Positions 26,755 through 41,449 of a stretch of DNA of 64,000 bases are shown here, piece by piece. The notes below the pieces were generated by a model that saw nothing but the letters and a program-made list of their open reading frames with translations, made no database searches and had not been told where the DNA came from. The stretch's first letter is position 1; each line of letters starts with the position of its first letter. The translations under genes were made by a program, and so were the position numbers. The stretch covers positions 46,502,001-46,566,000 of the forward strand of contig NC_087447.1 in assembly GCF_036321535.1 (NCBI RefSeq), given 5' to 3'. Origin of the DNA: Camelus dromedarius (lineage: Eukaryota).

Positions 26755-27640
26755 TAAATTCATGCATTCACTCAACAATATTTATTGAGTACCAACACTG
26801 AGCCAGCAATACTCTAGGTGTCAGGGATTTAGTAGTGAACAGAACAGATCTCTTGCCCTTATGGATTAAATGATAGAATCCAGAAGGAGGTAAGTCCTTA
26901 AAAAGAAAAAACAAACAAACATACAAAAACAAAAAGAAGTGATGTGTAATAAGGATCTAAGTGCCGTAAATGGGGTAAAGTTGTAGATTTTGTTATTAAA
27001 TAGGCTAGTCTGGGGAAGGTCTCACTGATAAGGAGAAATATGAGAAAAGATGAAATATTTGGGAATATGAAGGAGTTATCAAATTGGGTATCTGGAGGAA
27101 GAATATTCCAGGCAGAAGTAAGAGCTAGAACCAAGGCCCTAAGACAGGAACAACAAGGAGTGTTTGAGAAACAGCTTGGAATGTGGCTGGAGTGAAAGAC
27201 CAAGGGAGACAGATGAAGGAGAGGAGATCATAATGATAAGTGGGAGCCAGATCACACAGGACCTTGCTGACTCTTGTGTTAACACTGGCTTTCACACTAA
27301 ATGAAAAATGAAGCTATTACAGGGTTTTGAGCAGAGGAGTGAAATGATCTAGTTTACATTTTTTTTTAAGCTTTTTGGTTGCTACACTGAGAATAGACTA
27401 GACATGATGATTTGTTAGGAGGCTCTTGAGCCTCGGTGCCTGCAGTGGAAATGATTAGATTTTGTACATATTTTGGAAGTAGAACTTAACTGGATTTATC
27501 AATGGATATGAGGCATGATAGGAATTATGGATGATTCAGAGTACTTTTTGACCTAGGAAATAAGCAATGGAGTTGCCTTCAATTGAGATGAAGAAGGCTG
27601 TAGGTAGAGCAGGTTTTGGATGAGGTGACATTTAGAATCC
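26755..27640 (-). mobile_element. L2 LINE fragment
   Basis: cattcactcaacaatatttattgagtacc...gggaaggtctcactgataagg...attccaggcagaag...gggttttgagcagaggagtgaaatgatct. Confidence 0.75.
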
Positions 27641-27965
27641 AGTTTGGATCATAATAAGCTTCAGAAGACTTTAAAATTCTTAGAAGAAAAGACAAGGGTA
27701 AATTGCCATGATCTTGGCAATGGATTCTTAGGTATGACATCAAAAGCATGCAACAATAACCAAAAAATAGATAAATTGGACTTCATCAAAATTAAAATTT
27801 TTGTTTCAAAGGACACCATCAAGGAAGTGAAAAGTCAACATATAGAATGGGAGAAAATATTGGCAGATGATGTATCTGATAAAGGACTTGTATCTAGAAT
27901 ATATAAAGAATTTTAACAACTTGGAAGTAAAAAGCCAAATAGCTCAATTTAAAAATAGGCAAAGG

Positions 27966-28776
27966 ACCATCATTCAAAAGCCCACAAATGATAAATGCTG
28001 GAGAGGGTGTGGAGAAAAGGGAACCCTCTTACACTGTTGGTGTGAATGTAGTTTAGTGCAGCCGTTATGGAAAACAGTTTGGAGATTCATCAAAAGACTA
28101 AAAATAGACTTACCATATGATCCAGCAATCCCATTCCTAGGTATATATCCAGAGGGAACCTTAATTCAAAAAATATATGCACCCCAATGTTCATAGCAGC
28201 ACTATTTACAATAGCCAAGACACGGAAACAACCTAAATATCCATCGACAGATGGTTGGATAAAGAAGTTTTGGTATATTTATACAAAAGAATACTACTTG
28301 GCCATAAAAAATGATAAAATAACGCCACTTGCAACAACATGGATGGACCTGGAGATTGTCATTCTAAGTGAATTAAGCCAGAAAGAGAAAGAAAAATACC
28401 ATATGATATCACTTATATGTAGAATCTTAAAAAAAAAAAAGACAATCAAAGTTATTTATAAAACAGAAACAGACTCACAGACATAAAAAACAAACTTATG
28501 GTTACTGGGGGGAAAGGGGTGGGAAGGGATAAATTGGGAGCTTGAGATTTGCAGGTACTAATATACATAAAATAGACAAAGAACAAGTTCTTACTGTATA
28601 GCACAGGGAACTATATTCAATATCTTGTAATAACTTATGATGAAAAAGAATATGAAAACAATTATATGTATGTTCATGTATGACTGAAGCATTATGCTCT
28701 ACACCAGAAATTGACACAACATTGTAAACTAACTCTGCTTCAGTAAAAATACATATAAAAAATAAAATAAAAAATG
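27966..28776 (+). mobile_element. Young lineage-specific (camelid-type) L1, 5'-truncated, nested
   Basis: Perfect 14-bp TSD aaaataggcaaagg (27952-27965, 28777-28790). ORF2 Cys-rich end [16 protein letters not shown]...YDPAIP, 3'UTR and A-rich tail. Confidence 0.9.
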
Positions 28777-29567
28777 AAAATAGGCAAAGGGTATGAATAA
28801 AATGTTTCTCAAAAGAAGATAAACAAATGTTCAACAAGCACAAGAAAAGATGTTTGGCAACATTTGTCATCAGGGAAATGAAAATCAAAACCATTATGAG
28901 ATATTATTTGACACCCACTAGGATGGCTGTAATTTTTTAAAAAATCAAATAATAACAAGTTTTTGTGAGGATATGGAGAAATTGGAGCCCTCAGGCACTG
29001 CTGCCATGAATGTAAAATGGTTCAGGCACTTTGGAAAACAGTCTGGCAGTTCCTCAAAGAGTAAACATAGTTATCATACAACCCAGGAATCCCACTCCTA
29101 GGTATATACCAAGAGGAAAAAAAAAAACCACATTTACAGAAACTTGAACATGTCTATAGCAGCATTATTCATAACAGCCAAAAGGTGGGAACAATCCAAA
29201 GGTCCATCAGCTGATGAATGAATAAGCAAACTATAGCATGTCCATACAACAGAATATTACTCAGCCATAAAAAGGAATGCAGTACTGATACATGCTACAA
29301 CATGGATGAACCTGGAAAACATTATGCTAAGTGAAATAAGCGAGTCACAAAGGACCACATATTATATGACTCCAATATGAAATGTCTAGAATCAGAAAAT
29401 CTTCAGGGACAGAAAGTAGACTAGGGCTAGCGGGACTAGGAGGATGGGGGATAATAGCTAATGTGTATGGGGTTTCTCTCTGAGGTGACAAAAGTGTTCT
29501 AAAATTGACTCTGGTGATGGTTGCACATGTCTGTGTATATACTATTAACCATTTAATTGTACATTTT

Positions 29568-29711
29568 ATTATTGTATTATTTCATTACTTATATTTTGGC
29601 AGGGGGTGGAAATAATTAGGTTTGTTTATTTTTAGAGATGTTACTGGGGATTGAACCCAGGGCCTTGTGAATGCTAAGCATGTGCTCTACCACTTGAGCA
29701 TACCCTCCCCC
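29568..29711 (-). mobile_element. tRNA-derived SINE, Vic-1 type (camelid)
   Basis: Minus strand ggggagggtatgctcaagtggtagagcacatgcttagcattcacaaggccctgggttcaatccccagta has Pol III A and B boxes plus an AT-rich tail. TSD ttaattgtacatttt (29553-29567) / ttaattatacatttt (29712-29726). Confidence 0.8.
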
Positions 29712-29777
29712 TTAATTATACATTTTAAATGGATACCTATATGGTATGTGAATTTTATCTCAATAAAGCTGTTAGAT

Positions 29778-30088
29778 CAGGGGCCAGGCAAACTTTTTCT
29801 GTAAAGGGCCAGACAGTAAATATTTAGGCTTGGTGGGCCATACAGTCTGTTAAACTACTCAACTCTGCACTTCTGTGAAAGCAGTCGTGAACAAAATGTA
29901 AATAAGTAAGAGAGACTCTGTGCCAAAGACAGTTTATTTATGGACAGAAAATTTGAATTTCATATAGATTTCATATGTCACAAAATTCTTCTTTGGATTT
30001 TCCCCCAACTATTTAAAAATGTAAAAGTCATTTTTAGTTTGCAGACTGTACAAAAAACCAGGAAGGGGTCATAGTTTGCTGACCCCTG
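29778..30088. mobile_element. MER58B hAT-Charlie element
   Basis: TIRs cagggg...cccctg; gcaaactttttctgtaaagggccagacagtaaatattt. Confidence 0.75.
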
Positions 30089-33000
30089 GACTAAATGCAC
30101 CTAATCCTCCCTCCACTATGACTTCAAGTACTAAGTAAATCTCTCTCCCTTACAATCCCCATGAACAAGAGTCAACTTTGACTCCCCTCTCAGTCTTTTC
30201 CTCAACACTACCATCCCTATGCATGGCTTTCCAAGACCATGGGAAATACAAACCCAGCCAAGTAAGCACTCAACAGCAGGAAAACCTCCTGGACTCCATT
30301 TCCAAATAGACCACTAATTTATACCAATTTAGTAAAAGAGTTGAGGGCTCACCATGTGTTTCTTACAAGGTAGAGGAAAATGCTTGGGAACAGAGGATAT
30401 TAAGAGAGTAAAATAAATGCATGCCCCTCTTTAAGAATCTTCTGGCTCCTAATCAACTCTAAGAGGGAGAATTTAGGCCTAAGTGTCAATGAGCAACATT
30501 TTTTTTAAGTCCTTAATGCAGACTACCCCACAGCTACGATGTGGGAAAAAGGAGATCATTTAAGGCACAGTCATTCACAGTGCCTATATGTAGAAGGTGC
30601 TTCGTGAATGTTTGACTATTCTGAACCTGGGTCCTTTGGCAAGACAGCTCATACTGTGAAAAATGACGTGTCCCAAGTGAACCAGCACTCAGCCTCTGAG
30701 TCCCAGCAACGTCTAATCTTAGGCCCTCCTCCTCAAGATGCAGGGCAGCTAGATGAGAGGGCATGGTTCTCGCCCAGTCATGCCATACTGCTGAGGTGCA
30801 TGCCTACCTGAGCTACATCTGGGAGGGCCTGATGCTGCTGGGCACCGAGGGGGAAAAGAGAAGAAGCTGGATAACAACTACTATTATTGAAATTTTCACA
30901 CAGCATTATGGTATCTTATTTGAGCCTCACACCAGCCATCAAAGGTGTATATTATGGGTATCCCTATCTTACAGATGAAGAAACTCTTCTCTAGACACCT
31001 CCCTACTTGAGGTCTCCCAAATTTGCCCTTTTTTTTTGCCTCCTGCCATTACTCATAAAGTTGTTTTCCAGAATGTTCCTCCTTCTTTCTTCATTAGTAA
31101 ACCCTGCTCCTCTTTAAAAACCAAGTTCCAGTTTTACCTGCTCGGCAAGGCCTGCTCCTGACATATCTTCCGTCAGAGTAAGAGCCATCTCTGTTTACAA
31201 TCCTTCTAGCTCATCATCTTTGGGATAAAATCCAAGTTCCTCAGCAAGGCAAGAATCTGGCTCATGCCTGCCTTTTCAGCCTCATCTCCAGCCTCTCTCT
31301 CCCTATCTCACTATTACCTTCTATGATCAAAGTAAAAGAATCACTAACTCACAAATCCCTTAGGACACCACACTCATTCCTCCACTTCCTATACCCTTCT
31401 CAACCCCATCACCAGGTTAACTCCTACTCATCTTCCAAAGTCATCTCAGGCATCACCTCTTCTGAGTGGTCTTTCCTGGCATCCTAGAATGGGTTAAATT
31501 CTCTTCTGTACTTCCAGAGCATGCAGAGCTTATCTCTCATCACAACACTTATTAGGACTGAACACATACGTTTTTCTGCCTCACTAATATGTGAGCTCTT
31601 TGCAGGTAGAAAATTTGTCTTCCTTATTATCTTTGAATATCCAAATTCCAGCAAAGAGCAAACACTAAATATGTTTGGGGAAGGAAGAGAGAAAGAAGGA
31701 GGTGGGGGAGGGGGTCATTAATTGTCAAGTGAATCAGACATTGCATTGGATACCAATTGTTTCTAATGCCATTAAGTACACTGAATGTGATGCACATGCA
31801 GATATAGACATACTCAAGAGAGACTTGCATACATATACATACAGACAAACAAACACCAGTTAGATTTGAAGGTAAGCAAGACCTTGGGAGCCAGTGGCCG
31901 AGTCCTCCTTAGACAGGAAGATCCAGAAGCTTACTTAATATCTGAAGTAGAAGTTTTCCCTCTCTGCTGGCTTAACCATTTCTGGCAGCTAGATGACCCT
32001 CACATTCTGCCCACCACTTTGTAGGGTCCAGATCCTGCCTAGACTAACAGCATCTTTGGATTCCTGATTATACTTCTGGCCGTTTTTACCCCAGGTCCTG
32101 CATACTGTACTGCATCCTAACCTTTTGCTCCTAATCTTCTCCTTGATCTTCAACCTGGCTTATGAGCTTTCTCTCAGCTCCTACTTCCTTGGCTCAATGT
32201 TCCCCCGACTCCACTTCTTATGCACACAGACACATCTAAATACAGAAAGGCACATACAAATAAAGAAAGGCACAAAATGATGTATACGTACATTCAAAGA
32301 AACAAACACAAAGACACATGTAGACATAATCACATATATAGACACACAGAGAAGCTTTAGAAGTATAACTAGTCCCTGCCATTAATAGGACTGACATCCA
32401 GAATAGACAAAGCAGACTCATCAACAAAGAGGGGAGGAAGGAAAACAACAGTCTGCTTAGTGAGAAAGAATTTCCCTATCTGTCAAAGCAAAGCACCGTC
32501 TGGGTTTTCCTGGAAACATGAGCGGAACCATCTGGGGGAGCTGCTGCTTCATCCTGTATCTGGCTAAGGCACTGGGACAGATTGCAAATTATGCCTCCTT
32601 CCTCTGATGTTAGCTCAGCTAGTCTAGCAACTGGTACCCTTCACTGAGTGCTGGCTGACAATGTGTCTTCTGCTACACCAACACATGTTGGATTATCTCA
32701 CCCCTATTCCTCTTGGAACTCCCACAGTCTCCTATGCATGCCACCATTACAGCCCTGAAGATGTGCTGTTGTCACTGCCATTTTACATATCTGCCTCTCT
32801 CATTAGCCTAGGGGCTTGCCAATGGCAAAGAGTATCTTATTTTCACCTCTAGTCTATTCTAAAGAGGAGGAAAGTAAGGCTCCAAATTACTTGGCCTTAT
32901 AGCTAGTACATTGCCAAGCTTGAATTTGAACTCAGGTCAGACTCCAAAGCTCATACTTAGACTTTTTAAAAGTTAGTGTCCAGACACTTTATTCTAAGAA

Positions 33001-35470
33001 ACTCACAAAATGCCATGAAGCCCTCATAAAAGTTAGGTCTAAATGCATGAGCAAGGCCATAGAACTTGGACTCAGTGGAGGTTGCAGCCTGTAAACTGTC
33101 TGAGTCACTGCTGGTAGGGGAATACTACAGCCACCTATAAGTAAGTATTTACAAGAAAAAATGGGGAGAGGTCATTTACTTAACCTAAGGAGCAGATTTT
33201 ACCTGAAGAATGATGTCACTCATGGCATCAGTCACCTCTGTTCTGTAAAAAGGGCCTGAGACTCTAATCTGTGCTTTGTCTGGATTAAGGGCAGGGGGTC
33301 AGAGTGTTCCACAAGGCAGGAGATAAGACAGTGATCGCTCCAGGAGATAGGCAGGGAGCAAGAAGGCAAAAACCAGCAGAGGCCTCCAAACAGTAACAGT
33401 CCTTTAGGTCAAAGAAGAATTGCTACAGCAACAGAAATGTATACATCGAAATCTATGCTGCGGTTATTTGAATAATTGTATGCAATTATTTCTTTTCTGC
33501 CCTATTTTACACACAGCAAACTTAAAAAAAAAAAAAAGCAAAGCTCCAGGCTGTCAAAGCTATTCAGAGAAGAAGCAAGGAAAATCTATGTTTAGGATTG
33601 AGTCCAGGGACTAAGGGGAGAGCTCTGCTTCTGAGGGGCCAGCATGGTAGCAGCAGTGGAAGCCAGAGGGAGGCACCGAGCACAAGGTGAATCCAGGAAA
33701 AATAAAACCGAGACTAATTAGCCAGCTGCCTTTGACATCTCCCCTCATGGAGCTCCATATGATAAGGGGCAAGAATTTGACTCAGGTCCTCGGTATGTGG
33801 ATGAGAGGGAATTACCACCTGGGTTCTCCCATAGCTTTCTTCTCATCTTAGCTTCCCTATAAGTGGCAGCTATAAAAAAAAAAAAAAAAAAAAAAAGGAA
33901 GAAAGGATGGAATAGAGAGAAGAAGGAGGAAGGAATTCTCCCAAAGAGAATGTGCCAGGGCTCTTCAGCCTGGTGTCCTCAAAAGCCATCTACACCTGCC
34001 CGGAAACAGAGGCACTCTAGCTGTCAGCTAGCTAACCAGGGATCTCTGCTTGGGAAACCATGGTAATTCAGACTTGGAAGCACCTCTGCATATCTGTCAA
34101 AGTAAGGAGTAGGGAGATGGAGATAGAAGTCAACATGGTTTTCAACATGTTTTCTATAGAGGCCTAAGGATTCTTATGGATTGGGCTACAGAAAGGCAAG
34201 TGGGAGGTGACCACGACTCTAACCAATGCAGTGACATTTTAATTTTTTTAACATCTTTATTGAGATATAACTCAATACCAACTTAGTGTACAACTCAAGA
34301 ACTCAAGGGCTTTTAGCATAAACACAGAGGTGTGCAATCATCACCACAAGTCTGAAACATTTTCATCAGTCTGATGCAGAACTGAGTTGCAATAACCCCC
34401 AAAATTAGATAACAATGAGCTAATTCAGTCTCAGTTTCCTTATCAGTTAGATGGAAAAATTAATATCTCCCCCATAGTAGAGGTTTCTTGTAAAGATTAC
34501 AGAGAGGTTGTATGTAAAATCACCTAGCACATGCCTTCCACACTGTAGCAATGGTAGGAATAGAAGTAGAAGTAGTAATACTATGACTGTGAGCTAAACC
34601 ACAGGCTGGGTATTTTCTACACATGATTTCATCTCATCTTTGCCATAATCCTTCAAGGTAGGGATTACTGTCCCTATTTGACAGTGAGGAAACATAAATT
34701 CACGGAGTTTATGAAACTTTCTGAGATCATACAGTTATTAACTGATGAAAGTGTACCTAAAACCCTAATCTTTCTTGCTCTGAAACTTGTGCATATCTTT
34801 GCTCAGTCACACAGATTTTCAACATTCTCAATGTTTTATTCTTTCTTCATCAATGCTTCTCTTGCATGTTTTTCTCTAAGACTTTCCTAATATTTTAACT
34901 ACAGTGATTTTTACCTCCATCCAGATTCTATATATGATTCACAGCACAGGGTAGAGCGATAGAGAAGGGGTCACAGAGGAGATCAGAGATACACATCACA
35001 CACTAACATGTCCTTAGTAACTCCTAGAAACAGCCCACCACTGACTTAGCTGCTATCTTGGCCAGGAACTCACAAGTCCAAAGTCCCCTGTCCCCCATAC
35101 CTTTGATCAGCCAACTCTATATTCTTGCTCTGCCTTAAAGAAACAATTTAAGGGGTACACAGCAATAAGATAGGATCTTTGCTTTCAAATTCAAAATTCA
35201 AAAAAATGTAACTCATCACCTTTATGTGTAAGGGCTGCAACACGCCCTGTGGGAGAAGCAATGATGAATAAGACTTGGTTCTTGCCTCTGGGAGACACTC
35301 AATCTGGTAGGACAGGCAAGGATGAATCCAACTAATTACAATGTGGAGCATAGCAATATGGCAGATGAGAAATTCATGCCAAGTACTCTGGAGCATGGGA
35401 GAGGAAGGATTACTTCCCACTGTAGGGGAACAAACAAGATTTCCTGAAGGGAACAACATTTAATGTAAGC

Positions 35471-35668
35471 CAGTAGTTCTCAACTGGGAGCAGTTCTGTC
35501 CCCCAGGACAAGTGATAGTTGGCAACAGAAACATTTTTGGTAGTCACAGCTTGGGCAGGGGGTGGGAGCGGGGTGGTCCTAGCATCCAGTGTATAGAGTC
35601 TAGGGATGCTGCTAAATATCCTACAGTCTGGTCCAAAATGTCAATAATGCTGAGGTTAAGAAACCCTG
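35471..35668 (+). mobile_element. MER20 hAT-Charlie element
   Basis: cagtagttctcaactggg...gggatgctgctaaatatcctaca...aaaatgtcaataatgctgaggttaagaaaccctg. Confidence 0.8.
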
Positions 35669-37939
35669 ATTTAGGCCTTAGAATTTTTACAGACAAAATG
35701 GGAGGCAGAAAGATGTCACCATGAGAATTTATGTGGAGCAAAGGCACAGTGATGGGATATAAAGAGCATGTTTGAGATGGCAGTAGCATACAGTAAGGGG
35801 ATGCAGGGTAACATGAACTAGTCAGGTGAGCTAAACTTAGACTGCACTGCACTCCCTTTGCAAGGCAGGACCAATGATCAGAGTTGTACTTTAGTAATTC
35901 CAGCATTAGTGCAAAAAGACAAACTTATAAAGATAGTACAACCAAAAGCAAGACATTCTAATTAAGTGCTAAATTGAGTGATGTAGAGGGTGTGCTATGG
36001 GAATTAGTACTGAGATGAGAGAGATCAACGGGGCTGGGAAGTCAGGGAAGATTCATGAAATGTGAGGCTGTGGTATTCCAGGGGACACCTAAGTCTGATA
36101 CAGGCAGGGCCAGGGGTTAGAGGGAGAGGTATAAGAAGTTAATTCCAGGTAAGGAGAACTATCTGAGCAAAGAAAGGGGACTGGAATAAACATGGAATGA
36201 CTATGACAAAAAGAGAGACAAGAGTGGTAGGAGGTGTGTCTAGAGAGTCTTAAGAAAAGCTAGGGTCAGATTTGAAGGAAAGGCACAGGAAGTCAGGTGG
36301 AATAAGAGGAGGAAACTAAAACACAACTTAGGAAGATCACTGGCAGCACATACAACATGAGCTGGTGGAGGAGAAACTAGAGGCAAGGGACTACTTAGAG
36401 GAGTCTACAGTTACCTGGATACAAAGAAATGAGGCCCAAAACCTGAAGAGGAAGAACATTATTAATCATGATAGTAACTTCTGAGCATAAGACAGCTACC
36501 TATCTTCATCCAAATTAGCCCATGTTGGCACTGGCTATGTGTGAGAAGCACTGGGCCCTATACACTACTTCCCAGCCAGCCCAATTCCTACTGGCCATTT
36601 AGATATTTCAAGTGGAACTGCTGGCTGCTCCTCTCAGAGCTTAGTTCTCCAGCCCTGATCCCACCTGGTGCCAGAGTCCATCCCCAACTCTCACAGCCTC
36701 CCGGGACCTAGCATGCCTCTTGGTGGAACAATGTAAAAAAAAAAAAGTTTGAAAAAACAAGTCAACTTTCACCCTACTAAAGTCAAGCAGATCTGATGAC
36801 AGTACTACAATACAGCCTTGCTGTTCAAAATCCTCTAGGCTTTCAGATGGGCAATCAAAAATAAGAAGTTCTCACCTAGACCATTTCTAAAATATAAGGC
36901 ATAGGCAGGAGGCTGGCTGAGTTGCCAGAGAAGTTGTGGCCCCTAGAAACAAGTGGCCCTACTCTATCAAGCCCCTCTTCCCTTAAGATCAGCTACTCAG
37001 ACAGAGACAGAACTACCTCCTGTAGTGTTCTAGCTCTAGTCGAGTCAGCCAAGCTGCTGGGGGTAGCTCCCAAAGCTGAATGCCGTGGTGCCACAGGATG
37101 ATGAGAGAGCTGATTTGAAATTCTTGAAATACAGGCCAACCCTCACTATCTGGACCATCATGCTGAGGGAGGGAAAAAACATGAATTTAGAACCTATCAC
37201 ATACCAGCTCTTGTGCTTGAGGCTTTGCATACATTAAATTCTTACAAGAACCCTGCAAAGCGTTACCCTCCTCAAATAGCTGAGTAATTGAGGCTCAGAG
37301 AGGTAAAGTTATTTGCCTAATTGTCACAGAGCCAATAAGTGGCAAAGTCGAGTCTTGAACACAGGTCTATTTGTATCAAAACATATGCTCTTTCTGACAA
37401 TAACAACACTAATAATAACAACAAAAACTAACTTTTATTGAGCCTCTTCTATATGCCAGGCATTGTACTAAGTGTTTTATATGCATTATTTCATCTTCAC
37501 AACAACTTCACGAGGTGCCTAATATTATTATTCCATTTCTAATGAGGAAACTGAGGCTGAAAGAGATTAAGTAACTTCTCAAAGTTTCCACAGCTGGTAA
37601 AGGGAGAACCAGGTTTAAACCTGGGTCTGTGTGACTCCACAGCTCAAGCTTTTAACCCTACACCAGATATCACAGACACTACAGAAGTATATTTTGCAGT
37701 TTCCCACAACCTACCTATCCCCACCTCCCAAAATGTGTGATCACACCCCTGCAGAAGACTTGCATCTCAGCCTGACACCATGCTGCTACAGTGACATTGG
37801 TCAGTCATCCCACACAGGAACATTAAAATACAATTGTCAGATGTAGGTAGCTTTCCTAGAAATATAGAGGAACAGAAAGGGAGCAGTAATTAGCATTCAC
37901 TGAGTTTGAATTGTGTGTCAGTATTATGCTGGGAACATT

Positions 37940-38745
37940 TTTCTTAATTAACATATGATGAAATTAACTTTGGTAGGGGAGTGGGGGAAATGTGGTTCTA
38001 TGAGGTTTGGTACATAAGAAAATTCTTATAATCACCCCACAATCCAGACACAGGACAGTTCTATTACCCAAAAAAACTCCCTCTTGCTGTCCCTTTGTAA
38101 TCAAACCTTCCCCACACTCCTAACCCTTGGTAACCACTGATCTAGCCTCCGTCCCTATAGTTTTGCCTTTTTCAGAATGTTATTAGATGTGATCATATAG
38201 TATGTAACTATTTGAAATGGTTTCCTTCTCTCAGCATAACACCTTTGAGATTCATCTTTGCTGTATGCTTCAACACTTCATTCCTTTTTATTGCTGAGTA
38301 GTTTTCTATAGTTTGTTTTATCCATTCACACACTGAAAGACATTTGATTTGTGGCCAATTTGGGGCAATTATAAGTATGGGATTTAGTGCAAATACAAAT
38401 TTTCATTTATTTATAGCAGTAAATACCTAGAAGTAGAACTGCTGGGACATGTAGTAAATTATGCTTAACTTTACAAGAAACTCTATAAGCAAGAGTTCTA
38501 GTGGCTCTTCCTCCTTAACTAGTACTTAGTATTGACCACTTTTAATTTTAGCCATCCTAATAGGTGTGTAGTGGTATCTCATTGTGGTTTTAATTTGCAC
38601 TTCCCTAATGGCTAATGATATTGAGCATTTTTTCATATGTTTATTTGCCATCCAAGTATCTTCTCTGATGGTGTCTGTCAAAATCTTTTCCCACTTTTTA
38701 CTGAGTTGCTTGTTTTCTGTTCATGAGTTTTGAGGATTTTTTATT
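37940..38745 (-). mobile_element. Old L1 (L1MC/L1ME-like) 3' fragment
   Basis: ggtaaccactgatct...ttccttttttattgctgagtag...gtggtatctcattgtggttttaatttgcacttccctaatg. Confidence 0.75.
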
Positions 38746-38961
38746 TGCCCTGGGAACTTTTAACAGCACTTTTCTCACTTAATCCTGACAACCCTGCAAG
38801 GGTAAGAATCATTAACCACCACTTTACCGTGAGAAAATCAAAGAGAAATCACTAAACTATTATAACCTGATCAGTTCTGCCTAATTTCAAAGTTTACTTA
38901 TCACTTAATCACCTGTGACATATATAACACTAGAATGCAAGCCCTATTAAAGCCGGGATAT

Positions 38962-39064
38962 TTTTTTCCAGGAGGGAGGCAATTAGGTTTATTTATTTAT
39001 TTATGATTAGTGGAGGTACTGGGGATTGAACATGTACTCTACCACTTGAGCTATAACCTCCCCC
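38962..39064 (-). mobile_element. Vic-1-type SINE with internal deletion
   Basis: ggaggtactggggattgaac^atgtactctaccacttgagctataacctcccc, with degenerate TSD attaaagccgggatat / actaaagcagagatct. Confidence 0.7.
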
Positions 39065-41449
39065 ACTAAAGCAGAGATCTTACCGGTTTTGTTCAGGATC
39101 CAATTCCTATCCCTAAAACAATGCCTACCACATAATAGGTATTCAATTAAGAATTTGTTTAAAGGCTGACCAAATGCCCTTGATTTTCCATGTAGGCCCC
39201 ACAGAAGAAAATAAAACTGCTGTCCAAGTGTTTGGTCCAGTTAAGGGGACAGTGAGTTTAGGGAGGTTCTTGTCTGCCCACCTCAGACTGTCAGGACAGG
39301 CTGACAGTGCCATCCCACTGCTGCAAATCCTTTGCCCATGGGCAGTGTCCTCACCATAGGTCTCAAGAGAACACAAGCCATGAATTCCCAACTGCCAGGC
39401 TGGTAGAACTCCTGCCAGCTTGCAAGAAGGACACCAGCACCAACAGGGCTATCCTGGTCACCTGAAGGGCCCACAATGCACAGCCTCTGCTATCTAGGAG
39501 AGAAGCAAGCAAAGATGGATGGCACTTGAGGAGCCAAACTGCCCCCACACAAATGATTATATATTTTCTATAAAATGCCTGCTGAGTCTCAGTTTATCAT
39601 TAAGTCTAATTTCATAGCTCACAGCACAGACAGAACAATCAGAAATGAGAATGAATCAAAGAAGAGACAGGGAAACTATAAAAAGAAATCACAACAATGC
39701 ATATAGGAATACAGGCACTGGGGTAATAGTGCAAGGGGCCCTGAAGACATGCTTTGAATTATCCAAAGAAAATTAACGTTCTGTTGACAATAACCCACAA
39801 GAAGGAAAACTTACCTCACAAATGACTAAAATTTTAAAATATCTAGAAATGAAGTTATAGTTCAGTTATCTGAAAAACTTACTGATATGAGGCTGAATAA
39901 ATAAGGCTGTAATAGAGTATCCCTTCAGACTTCTAAAGACCTTGGGGAATCAGCAATGCTTTTAAATGGGTCATAAAAATCTCAGGTCCTTGATGGCCAG
40001 CACAACAAGGGTTTCCTCTCTGGTGGCTTAGCATCCATTATCCAATACTCTAAGCTCTGAGCTGTCCACCTAACTGTCTAGTTAGATCGTGAACTCCACC
40101 TATGTTTAAACTGACTTAAGCACACACACTTTGCTACCATTACTTTCTCTTTCAAAGGCAGTAGCTTGTGACTGGTCAAGAGATCCCCAGACTAGCAGGC
40201 CTCTCTACCCACCAGAGGCCTGAGACTGCAGGGAAAGCAGCTGAAGCCACGGCAAGGCAGAAGCCACACTGAAAAAGAACAGCTCACCACTGGCACAGGG
40301 AAGAGCAGGGTGACAGCTTTTGTGTTATTTTAGAACAGTTTGTGCTGATGAGCTTTTTGTTGTGGTAACATTCTTCTAAAAAGAACATTTTCTTCCTCCC
40401 CTCATTGACAAAGTAACTCAGCAGAAAGTGAAAAAGAAGGAGGAGCGGATGACAAAGATATCCAGGAATCTGTGGATCTTGGCTCATATCACCTTCTTGA
40501 CTGTGGTGTCATCCATCTCCCAGTCCCATGGCCAGGCCCTCAAAGAGACATCAGGAAACCTCTAGGCCTCATTTACCCCCAGAAACACAGCTCTATTCCC
40601 AGCACAGACAGTAAAATTTGGGTCCCCTGAGGGCCAGTGATACTTCTAGATGTGACCAAAAGTTCGGATCCTTTCATTGTGGTGTTGTCCTTGCTCAAGA
40701 ACCTATAGTTGCCAGGTTCAACAAGTATACATATCTCAGCCTGGTTGCCTGGAAAAGGAATTTTTAGGTTTTTGTCCTGCAGTTTTCTACCTGAGTCACT
40801 CTGCCTAACCAAACCTACCCACCATGCTTCTTAACTATCTCCACATCTTTGCTCACACTGCTTCCCTACTGCTCAGGCTGCCTCACCCCTTCCACCCTAT
40901 CCCAATTCTACTTTTCCTCCAGGAAGTCTATTTTTCTCCTCTTATAAATTCCTCAGACACTATCAAGTTCAACCTGATACAAGGAAACCCTCTGCTGACC
41001 AATCAAGGGAGTGCTGTGTTCTACCCGCCCATCTTCAGTGACAAGGAGTTCACTACCTATCTACCGAGGAAGCCTCTTCTATGACGAGACAGCAATGCTG
41101 AATGACTCTTTATTCCAGAAAAAAAATATGCCTATATTTTACTTTCCCCACAGTGGTCCTGGTTCTGCCCTTAGAATAAGATAAACAATACAGCAGTACT
41201 TAATAGCTCAGGCTTTGAAATCAGATCTGTGCTCATATCCAGTATGTCCTTGAACAAAATGCTTGACCTTTCCAAAGTTCCAGTCCTCAGTGATAATACC
41301 AACCTCAAAGGCTGTTAAAAACATTAAAAGAGTACGATGCAAAAAGCTTAACACTACCTGGCATAGATTAAGAATTCAATAAATGATAGCCAGGGATGCA
41401 GTTTTCATTGTTATCATCATCATCATTTAAGTCTGATTCCTCTACTTCT

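Larger units (their letters stand above)
27660..29775 (+). mobile_element. L1MB-like 3' portion (ORF2 C-terminus and 3'UTR), split by a younger L1 and a SINE
   Basis: KIDKLDFIKIKIF...EWEKI...SDKGLVSRIYKE; ends atatggtatgtgaattttatctcaataaagctgtt. Confidence 0.85.

Noticed and set aside
29640..29711. tRNA-Ala-like sequence as a tRNA gene
   Set aside because: It has a SINE tail and TSD and an imperfect cloverleaf, so it is a SINE head.
32460..32600. Cluster of NF-kB-like (gaatttccc), GAS (ttcctggaa) and NFAT-like motifs as an enhancer
   Set aside because: Short motifs are expected by chance in 64 kb; needs conservation or chromatin data.
33860..33900. Long A-run as a retrocopy tail
   Set aside because: No TSD or upstream element body identified.
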